DNA from: an uncultured Clostridia bacterium
Lineage (GTDB): Bacteria > Bacillota > Clostridia > TANB77 > CAG-508
Direction of reading: 5' to 3'
DNA length: 64,000 bases
Assembly (NCBI GenBank): GCA_944388035.1
Contig: CALXHF010000007.1
Location: forward strand, 6,741-70,740
Part shown: positions 51,247-61,209 of the stretch, piece after piece
Numbering within the stretch: the first letter of the stretch is position 1
Layout: the number at the start of each line of letters is the position of its first letter
The notes under the pieces: generated by a model
Seen by the model: the letters and a program-made list of their open reading frames with translations, nothing else
Told to the model about the DNA's origin: nothing
Databases searched by the model: none
Program-made: the position numbers and the translations under genes

Positions 51247-51940
51247 AACTGATTCGATAATGCCCTATTATAGATTTTTGTTTTTCATATAATTCTAAAA
51301 CATCTTCTTCATAATTTATTTGAAATGGGTTTGAGTGATGGTATAAATATGGAATACCTTTTTTATTTCTTTTATCAGAAACTATACCAATATGACCTTT
51401 AAAAACTACAATATCTCCTCCTTGCCACTCTTCTATTTTTGATAAATCTGTTGTTAGTGATATGTTGTTATTTTTAAAATAAACATTTAAGTTTATAACT
51501 CTTCTAAAATCTATGTTTTTATCAGTTACATCAATATCATATTTTTCTTTATTTTTTATAATATCATTATTTACAAGTTCCATTAAATCATACCCAGCAT
51601 TTTTAAGACCAAATGCAACAACATCAGTACATACACCGTATTCATCATTTGGATAACCTGTATCATAATACTTACTTTTATATTTAGGTCTTCTCTTAAC
51701 GTAATTTTTCACATTAAGTAATATATCTGTCTGATCATCCATATTATCATTATCCTTGTCTACATTACTTATATACTTTTCTATACCAAAATAACTATTA
51801 TCATATTTCTTATGTGGAATTATTTTTAAAATATATAGAATAATTACAATAATAAACATAGTAACAATAGTTATAATAGAAATAACAATTCTTTTTTTCA
51901 CACTATCACCTATCAATTTGAGAATTTGTGGGACACCCAT
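51245..51940 (-). CDS. DUF1287 domain-containing protein, membrane-anchored
   Basis: N-terminal TM helix. YYDTGYPNDEYGVCTDVVAFGLKNAGYDL and GDIVVFKGHIGIVSDK motifs typical of DUF1287. Confidence 0.8.
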   Translation of the reverse strand: MGVPQILKLIGDSVKKRIVISIITIVTMFIIVIILYILKIIPHKKYDNSYFGIEKYISNVDKDNDNMDDQTDILLNVKNYVKRRPKYKSKYYDTGYPNDEYGVCTDVVAFGLKNAGYDLMELVNNDIIKNKEKYDIDVTDKNIDFRRVINLNVYFKNNNISLTTDLSKIEEWQGGDIVVFKGHIGIVSDKRNKKGIPYLYHHSNPFQINYEEDVLELYEKQKSIIGHYRIS

Positions 51941-51953
51941 TTTTTTGTCTCAC

Positions 51954-52436
51954 TTAAAATATTTTTACTTCATTTCCATTATCTTTAATTATATTTATTA
52001 AATCATCAGTTTTTATCCATATAGTTGCAGTATTATCATTTGGGTGTACTCCTAAAAACTTTGGTTCTTCTAAAAATTCTTTATCTAGATAGAATTTTAC
52101 TATATTGTCTTTATCATTTAATATACCAAAAGGTGTAACTGCTCCTGGAATTAATTTCATAATTTTCATTAAATCTTCTTTTGAAGCAAAACTTAAACGC
52201 CTAGTATTGTTTTTTAAACTAAATTCTTTTAAATCTAATCTTTTATTTCCTTTTACAGTTATTAAATAATAATTTTTCTTTTTATCATCACGAACAAAAA
52301 GATTTTTTGCATCTTGATTAGGGTATGGTATGTCAATTTCTGAAGCTTCTTCCATATTATAGACAGCCTTATGGTTTGTTACTTCATAAGATATATTTTT
52401 TTCCTTTAAATAATTATATATTTCTTGTTTATCCAA
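51954..52436 (-). CDS. YbaK/ProX-type aminoacyl-tRNA editing domain protein
   Basis: 160 aa, ...HKAVYNMEEA...KNLFVRDDKKKNYYLI...LIPGAVTPFG. Confidence 0.8.
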   Translation of the reverse strand: MDKQEIYNYLKEKNISYEVTNHKAVYNMEEASEIDIPYPNQDAKNLFVRDDKKKNYYLITVKGNKRLDLKEFSLKNNTRRLSFASKEDLMKIMKLIPGAVTPFGILNDKDNIVKFYLDKEFLEEPKFLGVHPNDNTATIWIKTDDLINIIKDNGNEVKIF

Positions 52437-52631
52437 CTTTTTACTCTTCCCCTCTTATCTACCATTTTTATTCATTATTTAAGAAATTCATAACTAAAAC
52501 TATGATTACTATTTCATTTTGAACTATTGTAAAATTTACAACAGTTCAGTTTTTTATTTTTCTATATGTTTTTAATATAAATTTATGAAAAATGAGACAA
52601 AAAAACTCCGTCCCCAATTTGTCTCATTCTT

Positions 52632-54209
52632 TTATATTCTTAATTTAAATGTTTTTGGCGCATATTTGTATGCTATAAATAATGATATTAGACTATATGC
52701 TATACAGAATACTATTGTCGCAATTCCAAATGTAAATATAGGCATTTTTATTTGTATCATATACCAACAAACAATATAAGTTAAACCTTGTACTCCTTTA
52801 TATGTACTACTTTTTATTTCAGTGTTTACATTATATGGTTGTAACAAATAATACATTACCAAATAATGTACCGAAAAGAATATACTCATTGCTATAATTG
52901 ATACAAATAAAATTAAATAATTTATAGGGTTATCTGTTCCACCTGATAAATATAATAATAGTGCTAGTCCTCCGCCTATAATAATTGCTGGCATTAAATT
53001 TATTGTTATTAATGTTTTTAGTCTTTCTTTAAAAATACCAAGTATTACTTTTGGTGTTCTATATATTCTATATGTTAACATACTATAATCACAATTCATA
53101 AACATTGCTGTAGTGACAGTAGAACTTCTATTTATCAAATACATAATAAATACAAAATATGGTAAATATACAAGTAATATTTCATTTGTTCTAGTTTTAA
53201 ACTCTACATTTAACTTAATTCCAATAATTATTGCTATAATTAGTATTAATATAACTACTGATTGTTTTTTTACCGCTTCTGTTAATATCTTTTTATGTCT
53301 TTTTACAAATAATTCGTGGAAATATGCAAAACCTGATTTGTTACTTGTATATTTTTTATCTAATTCTATTTGTTTTAAACTATTATCTTTAATAGCTTGT
53401 GTTCCATTTACTTTTTCTTGTATATATACATTTGATTCTGTTAATATTTGTTTATACATTTTTCTATAATCTTTAAAATTATGAATTTTAACTAAACTAT
53501 ATATCCCAAATATCATAGTAATTACAAAAATATATAAGAAAATCACACTATTTATTGTAATGTTAATTGCAGGCAAGCCATACGCAAGTAATAAACATAT
53601 TCCAACAAAACTCCACACAAATTTTGTTGGCAAATTCTCGTTTATTGCTTTTTTTGTCTTTTTAAATTTATATAAGCAAAAATTCATTGCAATTAGTTTT
53701 ACTGCTAAAACAAAAAAAGGTAATAAAATTCCAATAAATAAAGAAACTCCTACAATTTTTCCAAAAAGTATCGTAAATGGTAAAAAACCTATTACTAATT
53801 TTATTAATTGATAATAATAATTAGATAGTCCATATTTTCTAGCATTTATATTCATTAAAACAATTGCATAATATTTATCTTTTGATGGGTTTAACATATA
53901 GGTATTCAAAACTCCACCTGCTAAAGTTAAAAAAGTAAATAAATGTAAGAAAATATCTGCTTCATTTCCATTATACCAAGATAGCGGGCCAAATATCATT
54001 GCCGTAATATATATAATTTTCCCTATAAATACACTTATTATTTCCCATAAAATACTAATTATATTTGCAAATATTTTTAAGCCTTTATTTTTATATAAAC
54101 TATTTGGTAATATTCTTTTTATTAAAGGTAATTGTTTTATGGAATAAATAATACTATTTGTTCTATATGTATTTTGTAATTTAAAGGAAGTTATAAATGT
54201 TTTTAACAT
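52632..54209 (-). CDS. polytopic membrane protein, putative permease partner of the adjacent ABC ATPase
   Basis: 525 aa, about 12 TM helices. Start is 1 nt after the upstream ATPase gene stop. Confidence 0.6.
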   Translation of the reverse strand: MLKTFITSFKLQNTYRTNSIIYSIKQLPLIKRILPNSLYKNKGLKIFANIISILWEIISVFIGKIIYITAMIFGPLSWYNGNEADIFLHLFTFLTLAGGVLNTYMLNPSKDKYYAIVLMNINARKYGLSNYYYQLIKLVIGFLPFTILFGKIVGVSLFIGILLPFFVLAVKLIAMNFCLYKFKKTKKAINENLPTKFVWSFVGICLLLAYGLPAINITINSVIFLYIFVITMIFGIYSLVKIHNFKDYRKMYKQILTESNVYIQEKVNGTQAIKDNSLKQIELDKKYTSNKSGFAYFHELFVKRHKKILTEAVKKQSVVILILIIAIIIGIKLNVEFKTRTNEILLVYLPYFVFIMYLINRSSTVTTAMFMNCDYSMLTYRIYRTPKVILGIFKERLKTLITINLMPAIIIGGGLALLLYLSGGTDNPINYLILFVSIIAMSIFFSVHYLVMYYLLQPYNVNTEIKSSTYKGVQGLTYIVCWYMIQIKMPIFTFGIATIVFCIAYSLISLFIAYKYAPKTFKLRI

Positions 54210-54210
54210 T

Positions 54211-54912
54211 TTAATTTTCCTCCTTTAGTGCATCTATTATTTTATTTTTTAGATGTTCATTATCTAAATTATTTTTATCTATTTCTTCTAATATACCTTT
54301 ATTTAAGATAACAATTTCATCACATAAATCTAAAGCTAATTCCATTATATGTGTTGAGAAAATTATAATATGGTCTTTTTTTATTTCTCTTAACATTTGT
54401 TTCATTTCTTCTGCTACTACAACATCAAAAGATGTCAAAGGTTCATCTAGTAATAAAACATTTGGACTTGCCATTATATTTACAAGCATTTGCATTTTAT
54501 TTTTCATACCGTGTGAATAATCTTTTAATAATCTATCTCTATCTTCTTTTTCGATTTTCATAAAATCAAAATATTCATCTATTGTTTTTTCATTTTTAAT
54601 TCTTTTCTTGTTTATATCTATAAAGAATTTCAAAAACTCTCTTGCTGTTAAAAATTCTGGAACATTTGGTGTTGATAATACATAACCAATATCTTCTGCT
54701 TCCATTTTTCTTTGGTTTCCATTATCTTCTATGAAAAACTCGCCTGCATCTATTTCTAAATCTTCATTTAAACAGTTAAAAAATGTTGTTTTGCCAGCTC
54801 CATTTCTTCCAAGTAAACCGTATATTTTCCCTTTTTTAAATTCAAAATTAATATCTTTTAATACTTCTTTTTTCTCAAAGTTCTTTTTTAGATTTTTTAC
54901 TACTAATTTCAT
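54211..54912 (-). CDS. ABC transporter ATP-binding protein
   Basis: GRNGAGKTT, HGMKNKMQMLV signature-like, LLLDEPLTSFD. Confidence 0.9.
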   Translation of the reverse strand: MKLVVKNLKKNFEKKEVLKDINFEFKKGKIYGLLGRNGAGKTTFFNCLNEDLEIDAGEFFIEDNGNQRKMEAEDIGYVLSTPNVPEFLTAREFLKFFIDINKKRIKNEKTIDEYFDFMKIEKEDRDRLLKDYSHGMKNKMQMLVNIMASPNVLLLDEPLTSFDVVVAEEMKQMLREIKKDHIIIFSTHIMELALDLCDEIVILNKGILEEIDKNNLDNEHLKNKIIDALKEEN

Positions 54913-55058
54913 AACTATTCTTCTTTCCTTTTCTATTTTAAATTAATCCTTTATTTATACTCTTTTGATTACTATATTACCATAAAGACAGATGATTATC
55001 AATTAAAAATTCAAATTCAATTGACAAAAAAATATACTAGCCATTATGCCTAATCAAA

Positions 55059-56138
55059 TTACAACACAATATCAAACTCTATATATTCATCATCATTTTT
55101 CACACTGATTTTACCATTATGAAGCTCAATAATTTCTTTTGTTATTGCTAAACCTAAACCAGATCCACCTGTTGTGCTTGTTCTTGATTCATCTCCTCTA
55201 TAAAACTTCTCAAAAATTTTCTCTAATTTATAATCTGGTATTTTATCACCCTTATTTCTAAAAGTTATATACAAACAATCTAATTCTTCTGTAATATTTA
55301 TTTCTATAACAGTATTTTTATAACTATAACTAATAGCATTTTTTAGTAAATTACCAAATGCTCTTGCAAGTTTATCTCCATCTCCCAAATAATTTACTTT
55401 ATCTGGCGCATTTAACACACACTTTAAATCGCTTTTTTCTAACATTGGATAACATTCGTCTATTAATTGTTTCAATAAATATGTTATATTTAATTCTGTT
55501 TTATTTATAGGCATTGTATGTAAATTATATCTTGTAATATCAAAAAATTGATTTGTTAATTCTTCTACCCTTAATGACTTATCTAACGCTATTTTTATAT
55601 ATTTTTCTTGTAATTCTTTTGAAATATTTTTTTCATCATTCAAAAGTGTTAAATACCCAATAATAGATGTAAGAGGTGTTTTTAAATCGTGTGCCATATA
55701 CATTATTAAGTCATTTTTCTTAGTTTCTGCTTCTTTTGCATTGTTTTTACTTGTTATATAGTCATTTTTTATATCTTGTAGCTTTTCTGTAAATTCATTT
55801 ACTTCACTTGGTAATTTTATTGTTTCATTATTCTCTTTTAATATTAAATCTAATGAATTATATACTTCATTTATACTATTTACATATTTTGATATAAATT
55901 TATAGATAATGACTGCTAAAACAATTCCAATATAAATATAAACAACTACATCTCTGTTATAAACTATCCAACTATATAAATCATAATTCAATCTACAAAC
56001 CATATTGGATAAAGTATTTTCAAAAAACAATGCAAGTATAAAATAAATTATAATAGATATTATTACTGCAATAATTAAATTGCCTAATAGAGTTATAAAT
56101 AGCTTTAGTTTTTTTCTTGTTAAATTATTTATATTCAA
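55059..56138 (-). CDS. sensor histidine kinase (VanS-like)
   Basis: Two N-terminal TM helices, H-box MAHDLKTPLTSIIGYLTLL, N/G boxes NLLKNAISYS, GGSGLGLAI. Confidence 0.9.
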   Translation of the reverse strand: MNINNLTRKKLKLFITLLGNLIIAVIISIIIYFILALFFENTLSNMVCRLNYDLYSWIVYNRDVVVYIYIGIVLAVIIYKFISKYVNSINEVYNSLDLILKENNETIKLPSEVNEFTEKLQDIKNDYITSKNNAKEAETKKNDLIMYMAHDLKTPLTSIIGYLTLLNDEKNISKELQEKYIKIALDKSLRVEELTNQFFDITRYNLHTMPINKTELNITYLLKQLIDECYPMLEKSDLKCVLNAPDKVNYLGDGDKLARAFGNLLKNAISYSYKNTVIEINITEELDCLYITFRNKGDKIPDYKLEKIFEKFYRGDESRTSTTGGSGLGLAITKEIIELHNGKISVKNDDEYIEFDIVL

Positions 56139-56148
56139 TTTTATCCTC

Positions 56149-56832
56149 CTAGTAAAACTTGTAACCTACTCCCCAAACTGTTTTTATAAATTTAGGCTTT
56201 TTTGTGTCTTCACCTAATTTTTCTCTTATTCTTCTTATATGAACCATTACTGTATTATTACTATCAAAATATTTTTCTTTCCAAACCTTTTCAAATAATT
56301 CTTCTGAACTTATTACTTTTCCTTTGTTTGTAATTAAATAAAGTAATATGTCGAATTCTATTGGAGTTAAATCAATTTGATTATCGTATAACAAGCATTT
56401 ATGTTCTTTTTTATTTATCACTAAGCCCTTTTCGTCAATAATTTCTTCTGTTTTTGTATCTGTATTATATTTAGTATATCTTCTTAAAGCTGATTTAACC
56501 CTTGCAATTAGCTCTAAAGGGTTAAAAGGCTTCGTTATATAATCATCTGCTCCAAGAGTTAAACCCTTTATTTTATCATTATCTTCAATTTTTGCTGTAA
56601 GCATTATAATTGGAAAATTAAAACCTTTATCTCGTATATATTTACATATTTCAAATCCATTTTTACCTTGTACCATAATATCTAATATAGCAATGTCTAG
56701 TTGTACACTTTCTATACAATTTATTGCTTCTTCTGATGTATAAAACTTATAAACATTATAATTTTCATTTTGTAGATACACTTCAACTAAATCTGCTATT
56801 TCTTTTTCATCATCTAAAACCAAGATATTCAT
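56149..56832 (-). CDS. OmpR-family response regulator (VanR-like)
   Basis: MNILVLDDEKEIADL..., LDIMV, TAK, C-terminal winged helix VWGVGYKF. ATG 56832 has an AAAGGAGGAAG RBS; the ORF track extends to 56880. Confidence 0.9.
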   Translation of the reverse strand: MNILVLDDEKEIADLVEVYLQNENYNVYKFYTSEEAINCIESVQLDIAILDIMVQGKNGFEICKYIRDKGFNFPIIMLTAKIEDNDKIKGLTLGADDYITKPFNPLELIARVKSALRRYTKYNTDTKTEEIIDEKGLVINKKEHKCLLYDNQIDLTPIEFDILLYLITNKGKVISSEELFEKVWKEKYFDSNNTVMVHIRRIREKLGEDTKKPKFIKTVWGVGYKFY

Positions 56833-56984
56833 TTTACTTCCTCCTTTAATGATTATAGCACAAGACTTTACATTTTTCATTACTTCGGAAATATTGTAAG
56901 AAAAATTTAAGAATTTGTTAAGTCAATATTAAAACTTTAAATAAAAAAACTATTTATAATTTTTTTAAAAGGAGGCATTTAATT

Positions 56985-57752
56985 ATGGTTAAAACTAATA
57001 ATAGGAAATTAAATGAAAAAAGAATTATAGTATTTATTTTACTAATAATAATTATCATATATTGTGGTATTAATTATTTACGAAATGCTGATATATTTAA
57101 CAAATTAAATAGATATCTAAATATTTCCAATATATGTGGTTATAGAGTAATTAAATTAGATAATAACCCTAGTTATTCTGGTATAGGGCAAGAAAAAGTA
57201 AAAAACAAAGATGGTTATTTTACAACTTTTACAACAGAAAATAATTACAAAAAAACTTACAAAGAATACAAACAAAATAGTAATTCTTCTTGGAGTAATA
57301 ATGAATATTGGGGTGGGACAATGGCTGAAAACGGTTGTGGAATAACTGTAATGTCAATTATATTAAGTGGATATGGTAAAGATTATACACCAGAAGATTT
57401 AAGAAAAAAATATTATCCTGTAATGAATTATGAAAAAATGTCTAGTGAATTGTCTGAGACTTTTGGCATAAAAAATTCCGATTTTTATTATGACTCTGTT
57501 CATTTATCCAATAAAGCTATTATAGAACAGTTACAAACTAATAAACCTATCATTGTCTGCGTTTGGAATAAACCAAGCAATAATCGTTGGACTTCTGCTT
57601 CACATTATATGGTACTTCTTGCAACAGACAATAATAATATGGTTTATGTTTCGAATCCAAATGGGTTAGAAAATAGTAGTAAAAGTTCTGGCTGGTATAA
57701 TATTGATGAAATTACACCATATATAGCAAAAGCATTATATATTTTACAATAA
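56985..57752 (+). CDS. C39-like (papain-fold) cysteine peptidase domain protein, membrane-anchored
   Basis: N-terminal TM helix. Catalytic-type ENGCGITVMSIIL and SHYMVLLATD...VSNPNG motifs. Confidence 0.65.
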   Translation: MVKTNNRKLNEKRIIVFILLIIIIIYCGINYLRNADIFNKLNRYLNISNICGYRVIKLDNNPSYSGIGQEKVKNKDGYFTTFTTENNYKKTYKEYKQNSNSSWSNNEYWGGTMAENGCGITVMSIILSGYGKDYTPEDLRKKYYPVMNYEKMSSELSETFGIKNSDFYYDSVHLSNKAIIEQLQTNKPIIVCVWNKPSNNRWTSASHYMVLLATDNNNMVYVSNPNGLENSSKSSGWYNIDEITPYIAKALYILQ

Positions 57753-57991
57753 GAAAGTAAAATAATGAGCTGTTTTCTTAAAAGTAAGTGGCTCATTATT
57801 TACTATTCTATTTTTATGTTTTCTCTTATTCTAATATATAAATTATAAACCTATCAAATTATCACATTATTGTTTTGCACTAACTAATAATCTGTAATAA
57901 TAAGAATCAAAATTGGAAAAATAACCAAAATTGGCATAGCAAATCCAACAGCTGAGGTTACTAAAAGCTACATTTATTATAAGATTATAGG

Positions 57992-58666
57992 CTATTCTTC
58001 TTTATTTTTATATATTTTATATGCAATTTTATAAGATACAAAATACATAACTATTATACTTATCATTAATATCCATACTCCAAAATTGGTTATGAAATTG
58101 TTTATGAATTCCATATCAATGTTGATATTTGTTTTATTTATTAAAAAATATATTCCACCAAGTATAGCAACTATAATAAGAACTAATATAAACATTTGAA
58201 TTCTTCCTTTTTCTGCTCCCCATTTATACATACTAGGAATTTGAATTGCTTGCAAGAAAGATATTGCAAATACACCTCCTATTGTCGCTATAATTAAACT
58301 TTTGTAATCAAGATTTATTATATTTTCTGTTCTTAAATAATTCATGATATTTACAACTATTACAGTTAGTATTATTCCTAATATTCCACCTAGCATAGTT
58401 GCTCCTATTGTTAAAATATACTTTTCTCTTACTAATTCTCTCCTGCTTGTTGGTAATGTTAAAATATATCTATTTGCTTTTGACATTTCATCATAACTAA
58501 AAGTAGAAAGAGAAATCATACCTACTATTCCACAAATTATAGCAGGTGCAATGTTAATTGCATCTGTTCCTATTATTGCAATACCACAAAATAAAATTAT
58601 TATAATTAATGAAACTTTATAAGTTGCTAAATTATACAAATCTTTTTTTAATAATCCTTTTATCAT
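57992..58666 (-). CDS. ABC-2 type transporter permease
   Basis: 224 aa, 6 TM helices. Immediately downstream of the ABC ATPase in a GntR-ATPase-permease operon. Confidence 0.7.
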   Translation of the reverse strand: MIKGLLKKDLYNLATYKVSLIIIILFCGIAIIGTDAINIAPAIICGIVGMISLSTFSYDEMSKANRYILTLPTSRRELVREKYILTIGATMLGGILGIILTVIVVNIMNYLRTENIINLDYKSLIIATIGGVFAISFLQAIQIPSMYKWGAEKGRIQMFILVLIIVAILGGIYFLINKTNINIDMEFINNFITNFGVWILMISIIVMYFVSYKIAYKIYKNKEE

Positions 58667-58668
58667 AA

Positions 58669-59526
58669 TTATTTTTCCCCCTTAATATAGAATAACATTA
58701 TATCTTCAATAGATGGCTTATCAATAGTTATAATATTATACTTACTTCTGATTAGACTTTTATCATTTGTTAATACTTCATATTGATATTTTTCTTTTTT
58801 GTAAGCGATATAATCTTTTTTATCTAATCTAATAAAATCTTCTTTACTACATTTTATTATTCCATAGTTTTCAAGTAATTCATCTGTTGGTAAATCAAAG
58901 ATTTTCCTTCCTTTTTCTATAAAAACAATATAATCTGATATATGCTCTAAATCTGTTGTAATATGTGTTGATAATAATATTGACCTTGTTTCATCTTCTT
59001 CTATGTATTTTCTAAATATATCTAATATCTCATTTCTTACAACTGGATCAAGACCACTTGTTGGCTCATCCAATATTAAAAGTTTAGGATTATGAGATAT
59101 TGCCGTTGCAATTTTTAGTTTCATTTTCATGCCACTTGAAAAATCTTTTATCAATTTGTCTATTGGCAAATTAAATTCTTTTAAAAGATTTATATATTTA
59201 TTTTCATCCCAATTTTTATAAAAATCTTTCATTATTGAATTTACTTGTTTTGCAGTTAAGTATTCTGATAAAAAACTATCATCTAATACGACACCTGTTT
59301 CTTCTTTAATTTCTTTTTCATTCTTTTTGCTATCTTTTCCAAATATTTTTACATTTCCTTCAGCTCTTGTAATATTCAGCATAGACTTAATCGTAGTTGT
59401 TTTTCCTGCTCCGTTTTCTCCTATTAGCCCCACAATACAACCTTGCGGTACATTAAAACTAATATCTTTTAATTCAAAATCCTTATATTTTTTTGAAACA
59501 TTTTGTAATTCAATATTATTATCCAT
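58669..59526 (-). CDS. ABC transporter ATP-binding protein
   Basis: GENGAGKTT, SSGMKMKLKIA, LILDEPTSGLD. ATG 59526 is preceded by GAGGAGG; the ORF track extends to 59544. Confidence 0.9.
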   Translation of the reverse strand: MDNNIELQNVSKKYKDFELKDISFNVPQGCIVGLIGENGAGKTTTIKSMLNITRAEGNVKIFGKDSKKNEKEIKEETGVVLDDSFLSEYLTAKQVNSIMKDFYKNWDENKYINLLKEFNLPIDKLIKDFSSGMKMKLKIATAISHNPKLLILDEPTSGLDPVVRNEILDIFRKYIEEDETRSILLSTHITTDLEHISDYIVFIEKGRKIFDLPTDELLENYGIIKCSKEDFIRLDKKDYIAYKKEKYQYEVLTNDKSLIRSKYNIITIDKPSIEDIMLFYIKGEK

Positions 59527-59527
59527 T

Positions 59528-59905
59528 CTAAATTTCCTCCTCAAATATTATTTTAAATAATTCTTTTATTTCCTCTTTAGGTATATTAGATATTTTTGAA
59601 ATATCATATATTTTTTCTATATAATCTTGAATCTCTTTTAGTTTTTCCTCTTTGATAAGTTCTAAATTTTTAGGAGCAACAAAACTCCCCTTTCCCTGAA
59701 CTGTTTTGATAAACCCTTCCTGTTCTAATTCATCATAAGCTTTTTTAACTGTTAAAAAGCTAATTTTTAAGTCATTTGCTAAATTTCTTACAGATGGTAA
59801 CATATCTTCTTCCTTCAATTCATTGGAAAATATAGCTTCTTTAATAGCATTTTCTAATTGTTCATAGATTGGTATGCTACTATTGTTACTAATTATTATA
59901 TTCAT
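59528..59905 (-). CDS. GntR-family (YtrA-type) transcriptional regulator
   Basis: IPIYEQLENAIKEAIFSNELKEEDMLPSVRNLANDLKISFLTVKKAYDELEQEGFI. 125 aa. Confidence 0.9.
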   Translation of the reverse strand: MNIIISNNSSIPIYEQLENAIKEAIFSNELKEEDMLPSVRNLANDLKISFLTVKKAYDELEQEGFIKTVQGKGSFVAPKNLELIKEEKLKEIQDYIEKIYDISKISNIPKEEIKELFKIIFEEEI

Positions 59906-60091
59906 ATTTTCCCTCCTTACTGTTATCTACTGTTATGTTTATAATATAACAGTAGATAACATTTTGTCAATAGTTTTATAAAAAGATTTTTTTATACACA
60001 AAAAGAGAACCAATATTTCTAATGATTCTCTTGAAAATAAAAGGGGATGTTTTGAGTGCTAATTGCTTTATCTACAATTAGCACAGTAATT

Positions 60092-60799
60092 TTATTCTGC
60101 TTGTCTTAGTATTTCATTTGCCTCATCTTCTGTTAAAAATTTATTTTCTATCATCTTTTCCATTACTTGCCTTTGTCTTTGTTTTGCCAAATCTGGATTT
60201 TTAGTTGGTGCATAAACTGACGGTGCATTTGGAATACCTGCAAGCAAAATACACTCACCATCTGTTAACTCATCTAATTCTTTATTAAAATAACCTTTGG
60301 ATGCTTCTTTTACTGTGTAACATCCATCTCCGAAATAAATAGTATTTACATATAATTCAAATATATCTTCTTTGGAATAATTTGCTTCAATTTTAAATGC
60401 AGTAAACATTTCAGCAATTTTTCTTTGCATTTTCTTTTCTTGTGTAAAATACATATTTTTTGCTAATTGTTGTGTTATAGTACTTCCTCCTTCTACATAG
60501 CTCATTGCCTTTATATCATTAATTGCTGCTCTCCCAATTGCTAATATATCTATACCATTATGTTTATAGAATCTTTTATCCTCTACACTTATGACTGCAT
60601 TAACATACATTTGTGGCAATTCTGAAAATTTAGTATAATTTTTCTTTTTCCTTATTTCTAAAACTTTTTCTTCAAGAGGCATATTTCTAGTTGCTTCTTT
60701 GTATATGTTATAACCATTACCAATAAAAAGTAAAGCAATACTTATTCCAATTAAAGTTAAGAAAACTAATACTTTAAATATTTTTTTCAAATTTACCAC
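60092..60799 (-). CDS. monofunctional biosynthetic peptidoglycan transglycosylase (GT51)
   Basis: TM anchor, VEDKRFYKHNGID, GGSTITQQLAKN, KIAEMFTAFKIE. No transpeptidase domain. Start is GTG 60799 or TTG 60790. Confidence 0.88.
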   Translation of the reverse strand: MVNLKKIFKVLVFLTLIGISIALLFIGNGYNIYKEATRNMPLEEKVLEIRKKKNYTKFSELPQMYVNAVISVEDKRFYKHNGIDILAIGRAAINDIKAMSYVEGGSTITQQLAKNMYFTQEKKMQRKIAEMFTAFKIEANYSKEDIFELYVNTIYFGDGCYTVKEASKGYFNKELDELTDGECILLAGIPNAPSVYAPTKNPDLAKQRQRQVMEKMIENKFLTEDEANEILRQAE

Positions 60800-60843
60800 C
60801 TCGTTTCTTTTTACATTTATTAACTATATTTAGTTTATATTAT

Positions 60844-61203
60844 CTATTCTATATTCATTTTTGTCTTAACATCTTCTGGTAATTGATCTACTTGTACTTC
60901 TCTCCAACTTACAACTCCACGTATTTGCATTAAATCTAATTCTAAATATGCCCCTTCTCTTAATTCTCTACTTGTTTTGAATTTGACTTCTTTTTCTTTT
61001 CCATTTTTGTTATAGGCAATTAGTGTGTACTCATATTTCATCTCATCTGTTGTAGAAAGTTGTTCTACTTTTGTATTATCAATTTTTGTATAATATAATT
61101 CTTTATATATTACCAAAAAGTAGTATGCTCCAACAATTAAAGCTATAACAATAATTAAAGCAATTATAATTGGTATTTTTTCTTTAAAACTCTCCATCTT
61201 CAT
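60844..61203 (-). CDS. YxeA family protein (DUF1093)
   Basis: TM anchor then YYTKIDN...YEYTLIAYNKNGKEKEVKFKTSRELREGAYLEL, typical of YxeA. Confidence 0.75.
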   Translation of the reverse strand: MKMESFKEKIPIIIALIIVIALIVGAYYFLVIYKELYYTKIDNTKVEQLSTTDEMKYEYTLIAYNKNGKEKEVKFKTSRELREGAYLELDLMQIRGVVSWREVQVDQLPEDVKTKMNIE

Positions 61204-61209
61204 TTCCTC